A DNA stretch of 62,549 nt, the filler included, from Rhabdomonas costata (taxonomy: Eukaryota): NCBI GenBank assembly GCA_019059605.1. It is 38 parts of 38 records of this genome, joined end to end, with 100 filler letters (N's around TTAATTAATTAA, not from the genome) between each part and the next. Parts side by side here need not be neighbours in the genome. Positions count along the whole stretch, not along the records: positions 1 to 1,549 come from JAHMHO010013279.1; positions 1,650 to 3,200 come from JAHMHO010013280.1; positions 3,301 to 4,849 come from JAHMHO010013281.1; positions 4,950 to 6,499 come from JAHMHO010013282.1; positions 6,600 to 8,148 come from JAHMHO010013283.1; positions 8,249 to 9,796 come from JAHMHO010013284.1; positions 9,897 to 11,445 come from JAHMHO010013285.1; positions 11,546 to 13,094 come from JAHMHO010013286.1; 30 more parts are not named here. One strand, given 5' to 3'. This document shows positions 1-12,511 of the stretch, in pieces (within the stretch, counting starts at the first letter, position 1; each line of letters begins with the position of its first letter). Below the pieces are notes generated by a model that was not told the DNA's origin, did no database searches, and saw only the letters and a list, made by a program, of their open reading frames with translations. A program made the position numbers and the translations under genes.

Positions 1-1549
1 GCGTGTGGCGACCACTTGGGTCACGAAGACTCAGTCAAGAATAAGTTTGGAGCGGTGGAAAACAGCCATTTTTGAGGCGAGGTGGAGTCTTAAAGAGGGA
101 GGGAATAGAAAAACTCGGCATTGCTGGAAACGCGGAACCTCATGAGAGGCCGCTAGTGCTGTTCCTGATTAAAGACAGGGTGGCCACAGATGCAGCTGCT
201 CAACAAGTGCAAGGTAATTTGCAAGAGACAGATCATCGGTTATAAACTCCATGGAGGGCTGAGCAGGACGGGGGGAGGGAGTTCGCCCCATTTGCCCCAC
301 GCGATTTATTAAAGTTTCGAGAGAAAAATCAGAAGAAAAAGTGCGATAAATTTCGATCTTTTCGAAACCTTTTGATCAGTTTTAATTGGTATTTGAACCC
401 ATGTGCCCCAAGTTGGACAGGGGTGGAATGCCTCTGGCTTCCTGGCTTTATGTTTATCCGTTCCCTCGTAGCCCACCCTTGCCTCTCTTCGTGCCATGCC
501 CTCATTATGGTTCCCTTGCCTCGTGAGGGTGGGTGCTCGCCTCTGCTTCTGCCTCTGTCTCCTTCCCTTCGATGGTGGGTCTTCCCACCTTTTGTGTTTC
601 CGTTTCTGCGGTTTTGTTTATCTCCCTTTGACTTTTGTGCTGTTCTCTGAACTTCTTCGCTATCAAAGGGGGTGGACCCGGGCGATGGGGCTGGGAAGGG
701 GGTTGACGAGGACTCCTTGAGCACACCGTTTCCGTTGTGCCGCTATGCCCCTCGAAGGCCCCCCAATCCCGTCCCCAAGGGCAATCGTGGAGGCACTCAC
801 ATGGCCCTTCTTCACCAAACACCTGAAGGCCCGCTCCCTTCCCCTTCTCTTTCTCTCTGTCTCGGTACCGCATCCTCTGCGTCAGTCCCCCCGTTCCCGC
901 AACGCAGCCCTCTTTGTCTTTTCTCCCCACACCACCTTCGTGCTTTCATGACGTTCCCGTGTGTACATTGGTTTCTGGGGGGGGTGGTCCTGTTCTAATG
1001 TGTGCTGGAGGGGAATTTTTTCACTCAGTCGCTCCTGTACCCTCTCTCTGCCTCTTCCACGTGGTCGAGCTCCCCTCCACTCACCCTCTAAAGTGTACAT
1101 AGCTCTGCTCTTCTCCGGTGTGTTCCTTGCCTTCCTGCCTGCCTGCACCGGCGTGTACTGCGGGGCGTGTGGGACACCTGGAAGATCAGTGCACTTGCGT
1201 TTTCCCACAGTTTCCATGTGGTTTGGCAGAAAGGACACGGTCGGTGTGCGAGAGTTTTCCAGATTTTACAGACTCACCTGGTCGTTCCTCTCTGAGAGTG
1301 TCTAAGCTGCACAAGCAAACCGAAACTGAACTGCGATGCTTTCGAAGCAAGGTGTGGGGCGTGAGTGTGGAGAGAGAGCAGATAAGGATTTCAGCCTATG
1401 CCGTCGTCGTGGGCCCTTGCCTTGTGATCGTTTTGGCGACGCAGAGGGCTCTATCACTTCGTAGACTCGCGTTCCAAAGTTTCTTAATGGTTGTAAAAGG
1501 CATCACCAAATATCACGCAAGCGAACACTTGGGGCGGGCACCCAACACC

Positions 1550-1649
1550 NNNNNNNNNNNNNNNNNNNNNNNNNNNNNNNNNNNNNNNNNNNNTTAATTA
1601 ATTAANNNNNNNNNNNNNNNNNNNNNNNNNNNNNNNNNNNNNNNNNNNN
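1550..1649. other. Artificial contig-joining spacer (first of 37): 44 N + TTAATTAATTAA + 44 N
   Basis: Identical 100-bp spacers start at 1550, 3201, 4850, 6500, 8149, 9797, 11446, 13095, 14744, 16405, 18056, 19704, 21353, 23002, 24651, 26299, 27946, 29594, 31242, 32890, 34538, 36186, 37834, 39482, 41130, 42778, 44429, 46077, 47727, 49375, 51020, 52667, 54315, 55962, 57609, 59256 and 60902. The palindromic core puts a stop in all six frames. Contigs between spacers are 1545-1561 bp. Confidence 0.99.
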
Positions 1650-2244
1650 CCACATCTACATGGGAACAGGTGCTTTCACAGTTCTTCAGATGGACAGTTT
1701 AATTATCGGCCGTCGGCCGTCTCCTGGAGACGTCCTCCTTCCCAGCGGGGAAGCGTGTAACGGTCCAGATCACCCAGGTGTTCCACATCCAGAGGCAAAG
1801 GAAAAAAGTCACATGCGTGGGACACAGACATTTTCCAGAGGTTTCCAGCGTGCCATTTTGTCAAGGGTAAGCTGATACAGAAGTCGAAGCTCAGCCCCTC
1901 GAGGGCCAGCTCCTGGCCAGGCCATGGGACAGGCTATATATCAACCAGCTGGGCAAGAAGGCGAGCAGAGCAGGGCCAGGTGAGAGAGGGAAGGCCAGCA
2001 GAGAGAGACAGTGGGGAAGACCCCTGGCGAGGCAGAGAGCCAGGACAAGGGAGGGAAGTCACGTGGAAGGATGCAGCCAGCACACGACCCGACCGCATTA
2101 GAAATCCACAGGGTGTGTTCCAGGGTTCCAGGGGAAGAAAGTTGCATTCTCACCTTTCTCCCGAGTTTTCACAGGACCCGCCGATTTCAGAGTTTGTCCT
2201 GACTACCCTGGTGCCACTAAACGCCAAGAACTACGAGAATTACC

Positions 2245-2324
2245 GAGAGAGAGAGACAGAGACAGAGAGATGGAGAGAGACAGAGAGAGAGAGAGCGAGA
2301 AAGAGAGAGAGATGGAGAGACAGA
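2245..2324 (+). repeat. Imperfect (GA)n/(GAGACA)n microsatellite
   Basis: Purine-rich run gagagagagagacagagacagagagatggagagaga... seen directly. Confidence 0.9.
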
Positions 2325-2769
2325 GCTAGAGATGTCCTTGATTAGGTTCTTAAAATTTCCGTGAGTCCTTTAATGCTGAATTAAGCCTAAAAGGTCGCTT
2401 TTTGTTTGAATGTGTGTTGTGTTTCGTCTTTAATTGTATTTTTGCAGAGGAGGTGAAGCAGAACCACAGTGAAACCGCAGGCGAGAGCAGCGGAGACCCG
2501 AGGCACCAGCAGAGGGAGAGGGGTGAAAAAGGGTGTGGCGTTAGGGCGTATAACCCTGGACAGGGTGTGTGTGAGCAGTCGCGTGCCCCTTCCACGGCCT
2601 TCTTCTTGGGTGGGAGATTGGGGAAAGGCATAAGCGGCGAGACCCGCCCAGCGAAACCCCTCCACAGCCCAGAAGGTGTGGGAACCAAGGCCCGGCCAAG
2701 AGAACCCCACCTCCTGTGCCTAAAGCAGCCTTCACGAGCTACAAGTGATCCCCTTCTGATCTGCAGAGT

Positions 2770-3190
2770 TGTGCCCCCAGAGGTCGCCAGATTTACGCCG
2801 AAGCGGCTTGGTAAATCGAAAAGTGGTTGGCACCGCAGCCCCCGTTTCAGAAAGGCGACGCCCGCAGAGAGCACCAGAGCGACTCCGGACAAACGGAGGA
2901 GACCTCCGCACCGTTCTAGGTGCCAAGACATCTAGGTAAGCTGATACAGCGCCCGCATTGTGCAAGCAATGTCGGGATACAATCCATATCGAGTGGTATC
3001 AAGAGGCGCGAGCACCCAAAGAGGTAGGAGCCACGTAAGAGTTCCCGCAGCATAGTTGGACTATGACACCTCTTAGCAGAGGAATAAGTCGAGAAAGCAC
3101 CGTGCGGCACGAGGAGCGCAGCTCTGTGTGGGAGTACGACGTACCACTTTGTGGCACCTGGCGGCGGAGCGTTCGAAAACTTTTGTGATA
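2770..3190 (-). mobile_element. Possible decayed non-LTR retrotransposon (CRE/SLACS-like), zinc-knuckle/RLE region
   Basis: Frame-shifted pieces HRAALLVPHGAF..MLRELLR..LLIPL..AQCGRC / WHLERCGGLLRL..SAG / RRKSGDLW loosely match the RARLL..AGAWL..LR.RLG.PL..C..CG..RH..RPGDL pattern of RLE-type LINEs. Judged by eye. Confidence 0.35.
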
Positions 3191-4949
3191 AAACAAACAC
3201 NNNNNNNNNNNNNNNNNNNNNNNNNNNNNNNNNNNNNNNNNNNNTTAATTAATTAANNNNNNNNNNNNNNNNNNNNNNNNNNNNNNNNNNNNNNNNNNNN
3301 GTGTTGGTTGTTTGGTGGGGGGGGTTCGTCAGTGCTTATCCTGACTTGATGTTCTGTTGTCTGAGCTGACCACCAACCTTGAGAGCACCAGTCGAGACAG
3401 TCGGGAAAAGAGACTTCGGAAGATGGGTAGGTGAAGGAAAAAATAGAGCAGAGATCCAGAAGTGAAGGTAGGGTTCCAGCGAAGAACCCGACAAGAAAGG
3501 GTTATCCGAGAAGTCTTGGGAAGATTGGAGTCTGTTGCATTGTTCACTTCCAGTGTAGGGTCAAATCAAAACCTTTCAGTGTGCCTAGAAGAGGAGGTTC
3601 CTGGATGAAGCGATGTGCATGAGATGAAAAGGGTGACCCTAGAATACTTCGCCGCTCGTCAAGGCTCTGGGTTCCGCAACTCACACACATTTGGACAAAA
3701 GAGATCGTACATCCTAACCTCACCCTTGGCGATGGCGATTTCCTGTTGAAGGTTTGGATTATCTTTCCAACGTATGTGTGGGTGGGCGTTTGTGTGTGCT
3801 GTTGATGCTGAACTGTGACATGAAATGACCGTCTGATTAACAACTGCATTCTAGTGCAAACAGTAACTCAGAAAGGGCGTGCGGCGCGGAAGGATGGAGA
3901 GTAGATGCGTGCGACGTTTGTCGTTTAGGCCCCGGCGCGGTGCCCAGGGCACGGCCGGTTTCTTTGGGCTCGGTCGAAGCAGTCGCCCCTGTGGTGGTTG
4001 GGGTGGAGGACCTCCCCGTGCCGGGGTTGGCCCCACCGCCGCCCTGGCTGGGCGGGGGTAGCGATGGGGGAACCTCGGGAAGGTCCCCCAGGAGCGGACG
4101 CAGCGAGGTCCTGGGGTCGTCCCGAAGCTCGGCATCCGGAGCAGGGTTCACCTCCTCCCTTCCACCCCCACGCCCCCTTGTTTTTCCTTACGCATCTCAA
4201 CGCAGACGGCCCCTCAGCGGTAACCGTCAACGACACTCAGAGGTTACCACAGCACTGAGCCCCCTTTTATTGCTGTGGCAAAAGCAGGGATGGGATGGGA
4301 TCATGCGATGACCTTAGATTGCAAAGCTTTGAGCTTGGTTAGGTTTCGGGAGATTTGCACTCCGTTTGGGTGGGAGGGATGAGTGCGGTTAGCTTGCTAT
4401 ATTTTATCACTAAGTGGACAAGATTTCGAATCTGGAACTATGTCTGCGCTCTGGTCGCCTCCCAAGCTCCTAACGCTTTTGTTTTCCCACAGTTTCCTCC
4501 CTTCTTTCTCACTTTTGGTGACTTCTGTGTTCCGGACATTTTGATCAAACTTTGTTTGCCATTTGCCTGCCCCGTGGGCACTGGCACCGCGATGCTCGGG
4601 CGCATGCCGAAAAGCATTTATACTTACACATGTTGGACACCTGGACACTCATTCGGGTGCAAAGCCAAAGAGGCAAGCGCAGCTACTGGGGGAAGCGGGG
4701 AGATGGCGGAGGGACGCTGTGGTGGATGTACACAGCTCGGAGGACCAGCCGATCACCCTGATGCATGGCCCGCGTGTGGTCACCAGCCGCACTGGTGTCC
4801 CTCCACGCCCCTCCACCGGTGCCACCATCGCCTTCAAGCTGCCCGGGACNNNNNNNNNNNNNNNNNNNNNNNNNNNNNNNNNNNNNNNNNNNNTTAATTA
4901 ATTAANNNNNNNNNNNNNNNNNNNNNNNNNNNNNNNNNNNNNNNNNNNN

Positions 4950-6219
4950 GGGGGTTGTGGACTATCAGGTCGTAGTTGAGCTTGTGGTACTTGCGGACCC
5001 CCGTGAACTTCCAGTTTTGCACCATAGTCCATGTAATATCCTGTCAGGAGATAGCACCCCGCTCAGGAAAGGCAGCGAAGACCCAACCGGAGCAGCACCG
5101 AGTTGGGACTGGGATGAGCCACGTCGACAAAAAGGGTGCATGCAAAAAGAAGAAACCGTTACACGTCCTAAAGTTCGCACCAAAAAGAAATCAGAATTCA
5201 AACAGAAAAGTCGAAAGGAAAAGCCACCTGTCGTCAAGCAGACACGATGCCTGTCCATAATGAGAGCAAGCATCAAAGGGAGATCGAACCAAATACACCC
5301 AGATATAAAAATGGAAAGCTGGCGTCCGTGAAACATTCTGCGTGCGCGCTGAAAAGCACAGTTGCTGAAAGCATACCGGCATCCCATCCAGGCACTTTGG
5401 CCAGATGCTCTTGGAGCTGAGGTAAACGTAGCAGAAGCCGTTCAGAATAATCCCCCCAGGCCTAACAATCCGGATAACTTCCTTCATTGCCTTGCACTGC
5501 AACGAGGGCGATAGGTGATAGATAGCCTGAAAAACAAATTAATCAAGCGATCCGATACACGCTTCCATCGGCGATGTTTTATGCTTTGTGGTCGGTCACT
5601 TGGGAGTCGGCAGGGCATTGATTACAGATAAAGCGCATTTGACACGGATTCATGCAGTTGGCCAACTGGCGTGTGACAGCCCAGTAGATGGGCCAAAGTG
5701 GGCAGGTCGGCAGATGGGCAGCTGTGCTGAAGTGCGCTGTGCAAGTGAAGGAGTGAGACGGAGGCAGAGCAATGTTCGCAGACAGACCCCGTAGGACATG
5801 GCATGGTGGAAGGTCTCCTTCGGGATCCACCTCAGAGTTGTTCCGTCGCCGGCACAGAACCGCAGCACACCGGAGCTAACCTGTAGGTTCGAAATGAGAC
5901 GGCGTTGAGTAGCATTGGGCAACTTAAATCCCTTAACCAGCGCAATACCGTAATGACTGGAATAGCTCGGATATCTGCGTGATTGAGGCGGAGAAAATCC
6001 AAATCACAATTGTGATATGGAAACCCCATGGAAGATTGCCAAATGCAAAACGAGAGGGATTAAGAAAAGGTGTTAGCCCACCCACAGCACATAGGCAGTG
6101 AGGTTCGCTGGAGACCAGAGAATTGTTGTTGGCGTACGCGACTGCAACTGTGGACATGTCGATCCCCATTCCATATGCACCAGTCAGCTGATACAGCCAC
6201 CGCAGCTTGTGTCCACAAC
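4950..6219 (-). CDS. Class I SAM-dependent methyltransferase, partial; exons 6219-6116, 5880-5788, 5526-5377, 5040-4950
   Basis: In-phase GT-AG splicing gives (G)CGHKLRWLYQLTGAYGMGIDMSTVAVAYANNNSL|VSSGVLRFCAGDGTTLRWIPKETFHHAMSYG|AIYHLSPSLQCKAMKEVIRIVRPGGIILNG...MP|DITWTMV..., with motif I (GCG), post-I (GID) and motif III (RIVRPGG). Confidence 0.85.
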
Positions 6220-6428
6220 CTGCCCCAGAGTTTGCACGAAAGGCCACAGCGACGCTCAGCAAGGATTTGGCCTTTTAAATCGCTGGAAACAGAGTTCAAC
6301 CCAACTGGGCCACCCGCTAAGGGACGCGACAATTTTGGGGCTCGCAGTTGACCCTAAGTTAAAGTGGCACTATTATACTAAGCGCACCCCCCCCCTACCA
6401 CTATTCTTGCGGCATAACTCGGGGAATC

Positions 6429-6430
<2 letters not shown>

Positions 6431-6475
<45 letters not shown>
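6431..6475 (+). repeat. (GA)n microsatellite
   Basis: About 18 perfect GA units plus a short extension. Confidence 0.97.
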
Positions 6476-8250
6476 CCACATGCACGGCAAACACCCCCCN
6501 NNNNNNNNNNNNNNNNNNNNNNNNNNNNNNNNNNNNNNNNNNNTTAATTAATTAANNNNNNNNNNNNNNNNNNNNNNNNNNNNNNNNNNNNNNNNNNNNG
6601 TGTTGGGGTGTGTTTGGTTTTGGGTGGGCGCACTTTCTTCTTTCTCTTCGGCGTTCGCCTTTCCACTCACTTCTCTCCTCTCAAAGGTCTTCTCCTCACA
6701 AAGGTCTTCCCTCTTTCCTTGCAACTTTCTTGAAAGCTAAGCTCTTGAGCTTCCGCTCTGCTGCCTCTTTGCAACCTCAACGCTTCCGCTCTCAACTTGA
6801 GAACACTTCACATCGGCACCTCACTGATTCTCTATTCCCTCCAACAACATCTGCCTCAGTTCAGCTCAAAGCTGTCTTTCATTCAAGGAAACTGCTGTTC
6901 TGTAAAAAGACACAGAGCCGGTAAATCCCGCTCTGAGCTCAACATTCCCTTACGTAATCTCTGATGAAGGCGCGAATGCAGGTAAGAAACTTGAATTTGC
7001 CATCACCTTTCTTGAAACCAATGCCCGCTTCCACCGACCGTTGTCTTTCTTCCCCCTCTCCCCTCCCCACACACCTTTTTTGTGGGCGATTTCTTTCTCA
7101 AAACGGCGCTAGGGGGCGCTTCCCAAGCACGGCTCCCAATGAACAGGCAAACGGCTGAAGAAGAAGACCTGGAAGCGGGCATCGGGGGGTTGGGATGTGC
7201 TATTCGTTCAGCCCTGGCCCCGGAAGCGGCATACAAAGGGTTTTTGTTGTTCCGGGTTTCTCGTGGCGCAGTTGCCGGGGTCCGTTGACTCCCCTCGGAA
7301 TTGAATCCTTTTCCGTGGGGAAGATCACTGTTTGAACATTCCAAACTCGCAATGAAGCGTGGTTTGATTAATTTCCCCGGTGCGCGCAACAGCTGGCGTG
7401 AAGGAACCGAACTTACACAAGACAAGCCGGAAATGCTGAGAAATCAGCCCCCAAAGGCAAACCGGTAACAATATAGACCTAAGGAGCAAAGTGCAAAAAC
7501 ATCAACGTACAACATAACCTGGACAACCCCCCCTTTTTCAATGGACAACGGAGTTGAAGAAGGTTTCCGGTCTGTGTGGAAATGCTCATTACCCTTCCGT
7601 CTGCCGTACTGTACTCGAAAGCATCACCCGTCGTCAATGAAGCATTGGCAGCCGCATGTCTTGCCGGGTTCCGCTTTACTCGATGGATATACAGTTCGTG
7701 TGCTGACTGGCGCTAAGATTACTTGTTCCCTTTGGGATGCGTTTGCTGAATCAGCGTGGAGTCAACGAGATGCCAAGGAGTTGCTCTCGATCATGGAATG
7801 AGATGTTTCCAGTGAATTGCAGTGCGCGAAAAAGAAAGGAAGAAGCGGCATTGTATGTACGATCGACAGTCGGGAGAAACCGGCCTAAAGGCTGAATCAG
7901 GAGGTTGAAAGCCCTGAGGCTCCATTTCTCAAAGATCCCCTTGGCCCCGTCGTCATCGTCGTCACCATCGTTGTCCCCGGCATCCTGCGAGGAAATAAAC
8001 GTGGGAGAAGGCCTAAAGATCAGCTCTTCTTGTCATTTCCAGATACCCGCATGGCTGAATCAAAAAAGCACCCCAATGTTGAGGAGGCTGAAAACGGATA
8101 TGCAAGAGAGCTTTTCCATTCTAAATTGTTGTGTTCGTGTACGTTTCCNNNNNNNNNNNNNNNNNNNNNNNNNNNNNNNNNNNNNNNNNNNNTTAATTAA
8201 TTAANNNNNNNNNNNNNNNNNNNNNNNNNNNNNNNNNNNNNNNNNNNNGT

Positions 8251-8554
8251 TGTGCTCTCTGGATTGATTCATCTTCTGACTACTGTTGCAGGAGGAGTGC
8301 ACCTCCTTAGTCAAGAGGGTGCTGGAAAAATTCTTGATGCACCGTGCGTGGAGGGGTCCCGCCTCCACAGAGCCCAACCTGCCCAAGAACCGCAACCCTC
8401 TGGACCAAACGTAAGGCACCGAAGGAAGCTCTTTGGACGCAGTCCTCCCAGCGTCGAACGCGGCCCGATTGCCCAGAAGAAACGTTACCTGTGAAAAAGG
8501 AGGTGCACTCCTCCTGCAACAGTAGTCAGAAGATGAATCAATCCAGAGAGCACA
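8251..8554. repeat. Perfect 58-bp inverted repeat (8251-8308 / 8497-8554), probable WGA fold-back chimera
   Basis: tgtgctctctggattgattc...gtgcacctcctt is the exact reverse complement of aaggaggtgcac...atccagagagcaca. The left arm starts at the contig edge. Confidence 0.9.
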
Positions 8555-9722
8555 GCCCGAAAGCTCACCTGCTGGCCTACTCCAGTCAGTGAAATCCCAA
8601 AGCGCTGCGGTAGGGTGTAGGTGCCGCTGCTGACCAGCTCACGCTGACCAATCATTACTCTGGCCTTACCCTGGGCCAGCCTGACCTGAAAGAAGTACAA
8701 ATGACAGCAGATGAACAGAGATGCTTCGACGAACATGAGTCAGTTAAGTTTTTTGTGGAACCACAACACCTGTGAAGACATGTCTGTCAACCAGTGTGAG
8801 ATGAATGTGTGATTTCAGGTTGCGGTGACACACACTCCTGCATCTATCTCGACAACTTTCCAGGAATTTAATGAAGGAATCTCCAATTCCGCAAGGAGCA
8901 AAAAACATCCTGTCCTTGCCATTGCTGATAGCCTACCACGGTATCGGACAATAAAGTACGATACACAGTAAAATCAGAACTGCACCATACCACGTGGCTG
9001 TGTTTAAACCCTATCTTTACCTAACTTCTCAGCAAACAGCCGGTTACAGAATTCACAATTCGCTTTAAAAGATCAACACAATCGCGGAATTACCCGAAAA
9101 AAATCGCGCCTTCGGCGCAGTAATCTTCGGAGCATCCCATATCTAACCGCGTTTTAGGTTCACCGTCAAGAAAGCTTTCCGGGTCCATCACATAACATGC
9201 CCCCAGACAGCGGCATTTCTACAGGCTAAAAAGACTTTGAATGGAAAACCATCGCATACCATTTTCTGAGTTTCCGGGTGTAACTTACCTCATGTTGTTG
9301 TGTTCGAGTAAGGCCACCGTGATTTTTACGGCGCTTTGTTTTTATTTCAGAGGCTTTTCATAGCAAGAAAAACCCAAGGTACAATGCTGCCAAATGCAAA
9401 CCCCACACGTGTCAAGCCGCAGTGAAGTACACCAAAACAACAATGTGGAATGATGCCTGCAACAAACCGCCCGAAAAAGCCAAGGGTCCAGAGACATGCT
9501 GAAAGCACCTGGGTGGCACTGCGCGAAAGCGTCATGATGCACTAAAAAAGATATAGAGACCTGCACGAGGTCCCCCACTTTTAGGGCACCGCACGGGAGC
9601 TCCCCGTTGTGCTTGCCATTCATCATTATGAACACGGAGGGCCCCTGGGCAACCACGCCGTAGCTCCCGCGAAGGTGTGCCGAGCCCATCGCGCTGTCGA
9701 GGAAGCCATCAATCTGGCCAGC
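8379..9722 (-). CDS. Hypothetical protein, partial, possibly SPRY-like beta-sandwich; exons 9722-9561, 8685-8569, 8488-~8379
   Basis: Phase-0 GT-AG joins give AGQIDGFLDSAMG...GELPCGALKVGDLVQ|VRLAQGKARVMIGQRELVSSGTYTLPQRFGISLTGVGQQ|VTFLLGNRAAF.... The LKVGDLVQVRL segment resembles the SPRY GDxIxV strand. Confidence 0.55.
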
Positions 9723-10126
9723 CTGCGACATCACAGTTAACAGAGTTCCCGAAGATACTCCGGCTATCTTCCTCTCTGCTCCGACAACCCACCCCCNNNN
9801 NNNNNNNNNNNNNNNNNNNNNNNNNNNNNNNNNNNNNNNNTTAATTAATTAANNNNNNNNNNNNNNNNNNNNNNNNNNNNNNNNNNNNNNNNNNNNTGTT
9901 TGTGTTACGCCTTTCTGTCGCCGAAAGGAAAACCCACGCTGTTTTTGTTTATGCAAGGTTACCTTTCTGTTTGATTGTTTCATCGGTTTGTTCCCTAATT
10001 CTTCTTATCTTCTCTCGCACCCCATCATGCGTCACCTTTGGACAGCAATTACTCAAAAGCATGCTCAGCCCACCCAACGCCCTTCCCCCTTCCCTCCCGG
10101 GTCGCTTCTCTCTTTGCTCTTGCCAG

Positions 10127-11155
10127 CTTCTGCAACTCGAGAGCTGGCTGAGCTGGAGCGGGAGGCGCGGTGCGACGCGCTGACTTCGTCTTCGTCCAAG
10201 GGAGCTTCAGCCGCCCCACAGGGGCAGACCTCAGAGAGTGACGATCTTGAACAGCGAATCTCGGTCGGCACGAAACTGATCTCTGTTTTTTCTCTTTTTT
10301 GTTGGCGCCATTGATACTCGCTTCTTCTTCTGCCTTCACACACGCACCCACACTTTTGCGGATGTTGGCAACTGGAGAGCACCATACTGTTTGTGGGGGT
10401 AGGTTCAGAGTTTGGATGTGCGCTCAAATGTCACAACACCAGTAATTCCCCAAGGAACAATATGTGAAAGCTGTGATGGGAGTCGATGATGCGTGCGTTT
10501 ATGTGGGCCTCCATTTTGATGCCCCACACTGGAGAAAGGCCGCGGAAAAGCTCCGCGAAAGTTGCTGGGCTCCAGTTCCTGTGGTTTCGCATAGTGTTCC
10601 GTCATTGGAGGCAATCCGTTGTTTCAGAGTTTATGGTGGTATGTTCCGACGCACCATTGTTTTTTATCCCAGGAGCTGAAGCAGCGGCAACAAGCCCCCC
10701 CGGCCACCCCTGCCAATGCACGATCCAGGCTTAGCCGCCGAGCTGGCCCCGTGGCAATGCCTACGCTTCCTCCCTTCCCTCCTGTGGTGGGCGGTCCCAC
10801 TTCAAGGCCGTAAAATGCCGGGCATTTTTTTGGTGTCTGTTGGACGTGGGTCGCTCTTGAAGGTGACAGTACATCCGAATAGAGTACAGTCATCTGGGTT
10901 TTGCTTGCCAGTTGGCTTGCAGTTTTCCCCCTAATCTGGCCAACGTTTAGTCAGCATAATCAGCATATGAGTTTTCTCGTTGCGCCTCACAAAATCTTGA
11001 TTTCGAAAAATCAGCGATGACATTTTCTATACAAGTTTTCCACCGCCATGTTTACCTCCCTCCGCCCCCAGTTGGCGTGCAGCGACGCCACCCACACGCT
11101 GATCCGTGAGGAGCTGATGAAGATCAAGGAATCCCTGACCTCGACTGAAGCTGAG
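10127..11155 (+). CDS. Hypothetical coiled-coil protein, partial; exons 10127-10263, 10673-10786, 11072-11155
   Basis: GC-rich segments bounded by pyrimidine-CAG and GT join in frame: SATRELAELERE...DDLEQRIS|ELKQRQQ...PPV|LACSDATHTLIREELMKIKESLTSTEAE. Confidence 0.55.
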
Positions 11156-11632
11156 GTCCTTGCATGTCATCCAAAACCACTTTCGGTGTCTCGTGAGTTT
11201 CATCTTTTTTTATTGATTAGCCAATGATTGTATTAAATTCGATTGATTGTTTTGAAATAATTGTATTGATTAGCAAATTCAGACAAAAAAAGACTCCAGT
11301 TATTGCTTGGAGGGGGGCTTCAGCATTTAACGGTGTCAACCCCGTTACACGGTCAATATTACGTCATAAATCGTTATCTTCACGGAACTGGCACGGCTTA
11401 CGTATTCCTAACCCGGTGCTCGGAAAATAACATTGCACAACCCCCNNNNNNNNNNNNNNNNNNNNNNNNNNNNNNNNNNNNNNNNNNNNTTAATTAATTA
11501 ANNNNNNNNNNNNNNNNNNNNNNNNNNNNNNNNNNNNNNNNNNNNGTGGGTGGGTGCCAAGGTACTCTTCTCCAGAGTGTGGCATGCCGTGCCGCACTGG
11601 AGAAGAGTACCTTGGCACTCACTCTCCTGCAG

Positions 11633-12511
11633 GTGGAGCAAGCTCAGAAAAGAACTGTCATGGTCCAGAAAATACTGGAGTTCTGGACTGCTACCCGACG
11701 GGAATGCATGAAAAGGCGCCCGCGGCCTGTGACCCAGGATGAGGGAAGGAAGACCTCCCCTAAGCACGAGCGAACAGAGTCTGCCGTGAGTATTAGCCTT
11801 GAGGACACGATCGGTCCTGAGGCCACTCTGTTGGGCTTTCCATCATTGACACTTGCCGAGAGCGTCAGCGGCCGGGGCGACACGTCCTTGATGGGAGATT
11901 TCAACGATGGCGGGCTGGTTTTGGGGGACCTGCAGTTTCTCTTCAATTCCGAGAGTGTGAGCGGTTTCGCTCCCAGCTCGTCGCGCGCTGAAGGGCAACC
12001 CGATGGTTCTCAAGAGGTTCTCACTTTGCGTGCGCAGAGTCCAAAAACCTCCGCCAGACTCCCAAGCGTGAGCTCGACTGAGCGAGCCTGGTCCGTCTCC
12101 CTCTGCGAGTCCTCCTTAGATTCTCTCCCATCGCTTCAGCCCATACGGTTAACGTCTCCAATATCTCCTCCGCGCCTCAGAAAGGTTGACTTTGGTCTTC
12201 CCTCACCCACTCGCACGTCAGATCAGAACCAATCAAGATCAACCCTTCACCTCCTTTCCTCGCCCACCTTCGGTGGAGGGAGGGCATTTGCTCCTGCTGG
12301 CCGGACGGTGAGCACTCCGGCTCTCGCCCAGCGCCGGCCTGCAAAGGCCCCGCTGCCTGCGCTGGTTTCGGAGGGGGGTCGGTTCACACCGATCGTGCTC
12401 CCCCCGTCTGCGATGATACGAAAGCTTCGGGAGGCACGGAGTAGGGAAAGCACCCCCGAGGCAGGACCTTCCAGTAGTGCGGAGCGAGGTGGCGGTGAAA
12501 TGCTCGGAACG
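11633..12511 (+). CDS. Hypothetical Ser/Pro-rich protein, one long exon
   Basis: Lies within a 349-codon open frame, with acceptor ctcctgcag at 11632 and candidate donor GTATTT at 12512. Low-complexity SP-rich product with no recognisable domain. Confidence 0.55.

Noticed and set aside
1289..1305. tctctgagagtgtctaa resembling the euglenid spliced leader core
   Set aside because: Only a partial match, with no T-run/CG-GT donor or SL RNA context.
309..1549. Many overlapping 60-160 aa ORFs in contig 1 and similar ORFs throughout the window
   Set aside because: No domain motifs or consistent splice signals; expected by chance at this GC content.
1594..1605. TTAATTAATTAA recurring every ~1.65 kb as a CRISPR-like or regulatory periodic repeat
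   Set aside because: Always embedded in 44+44 N; it is a synthetic six-frame-stop linker, and the periodicity reflects length-sorted contigs.
6600..6628. G/T-rich contig ends as telomeric repeats or nanochromosome ends
   Set aside because: No fixed repeat unit; random G/T composition and adaptor-like words fit amplification primers.
7260..8148. Possible pogo traces (VILAPVSTRTVY on minus, KHPNVEEA on plus)
   Set aside because: Conflicting orientations and very weak similarity.
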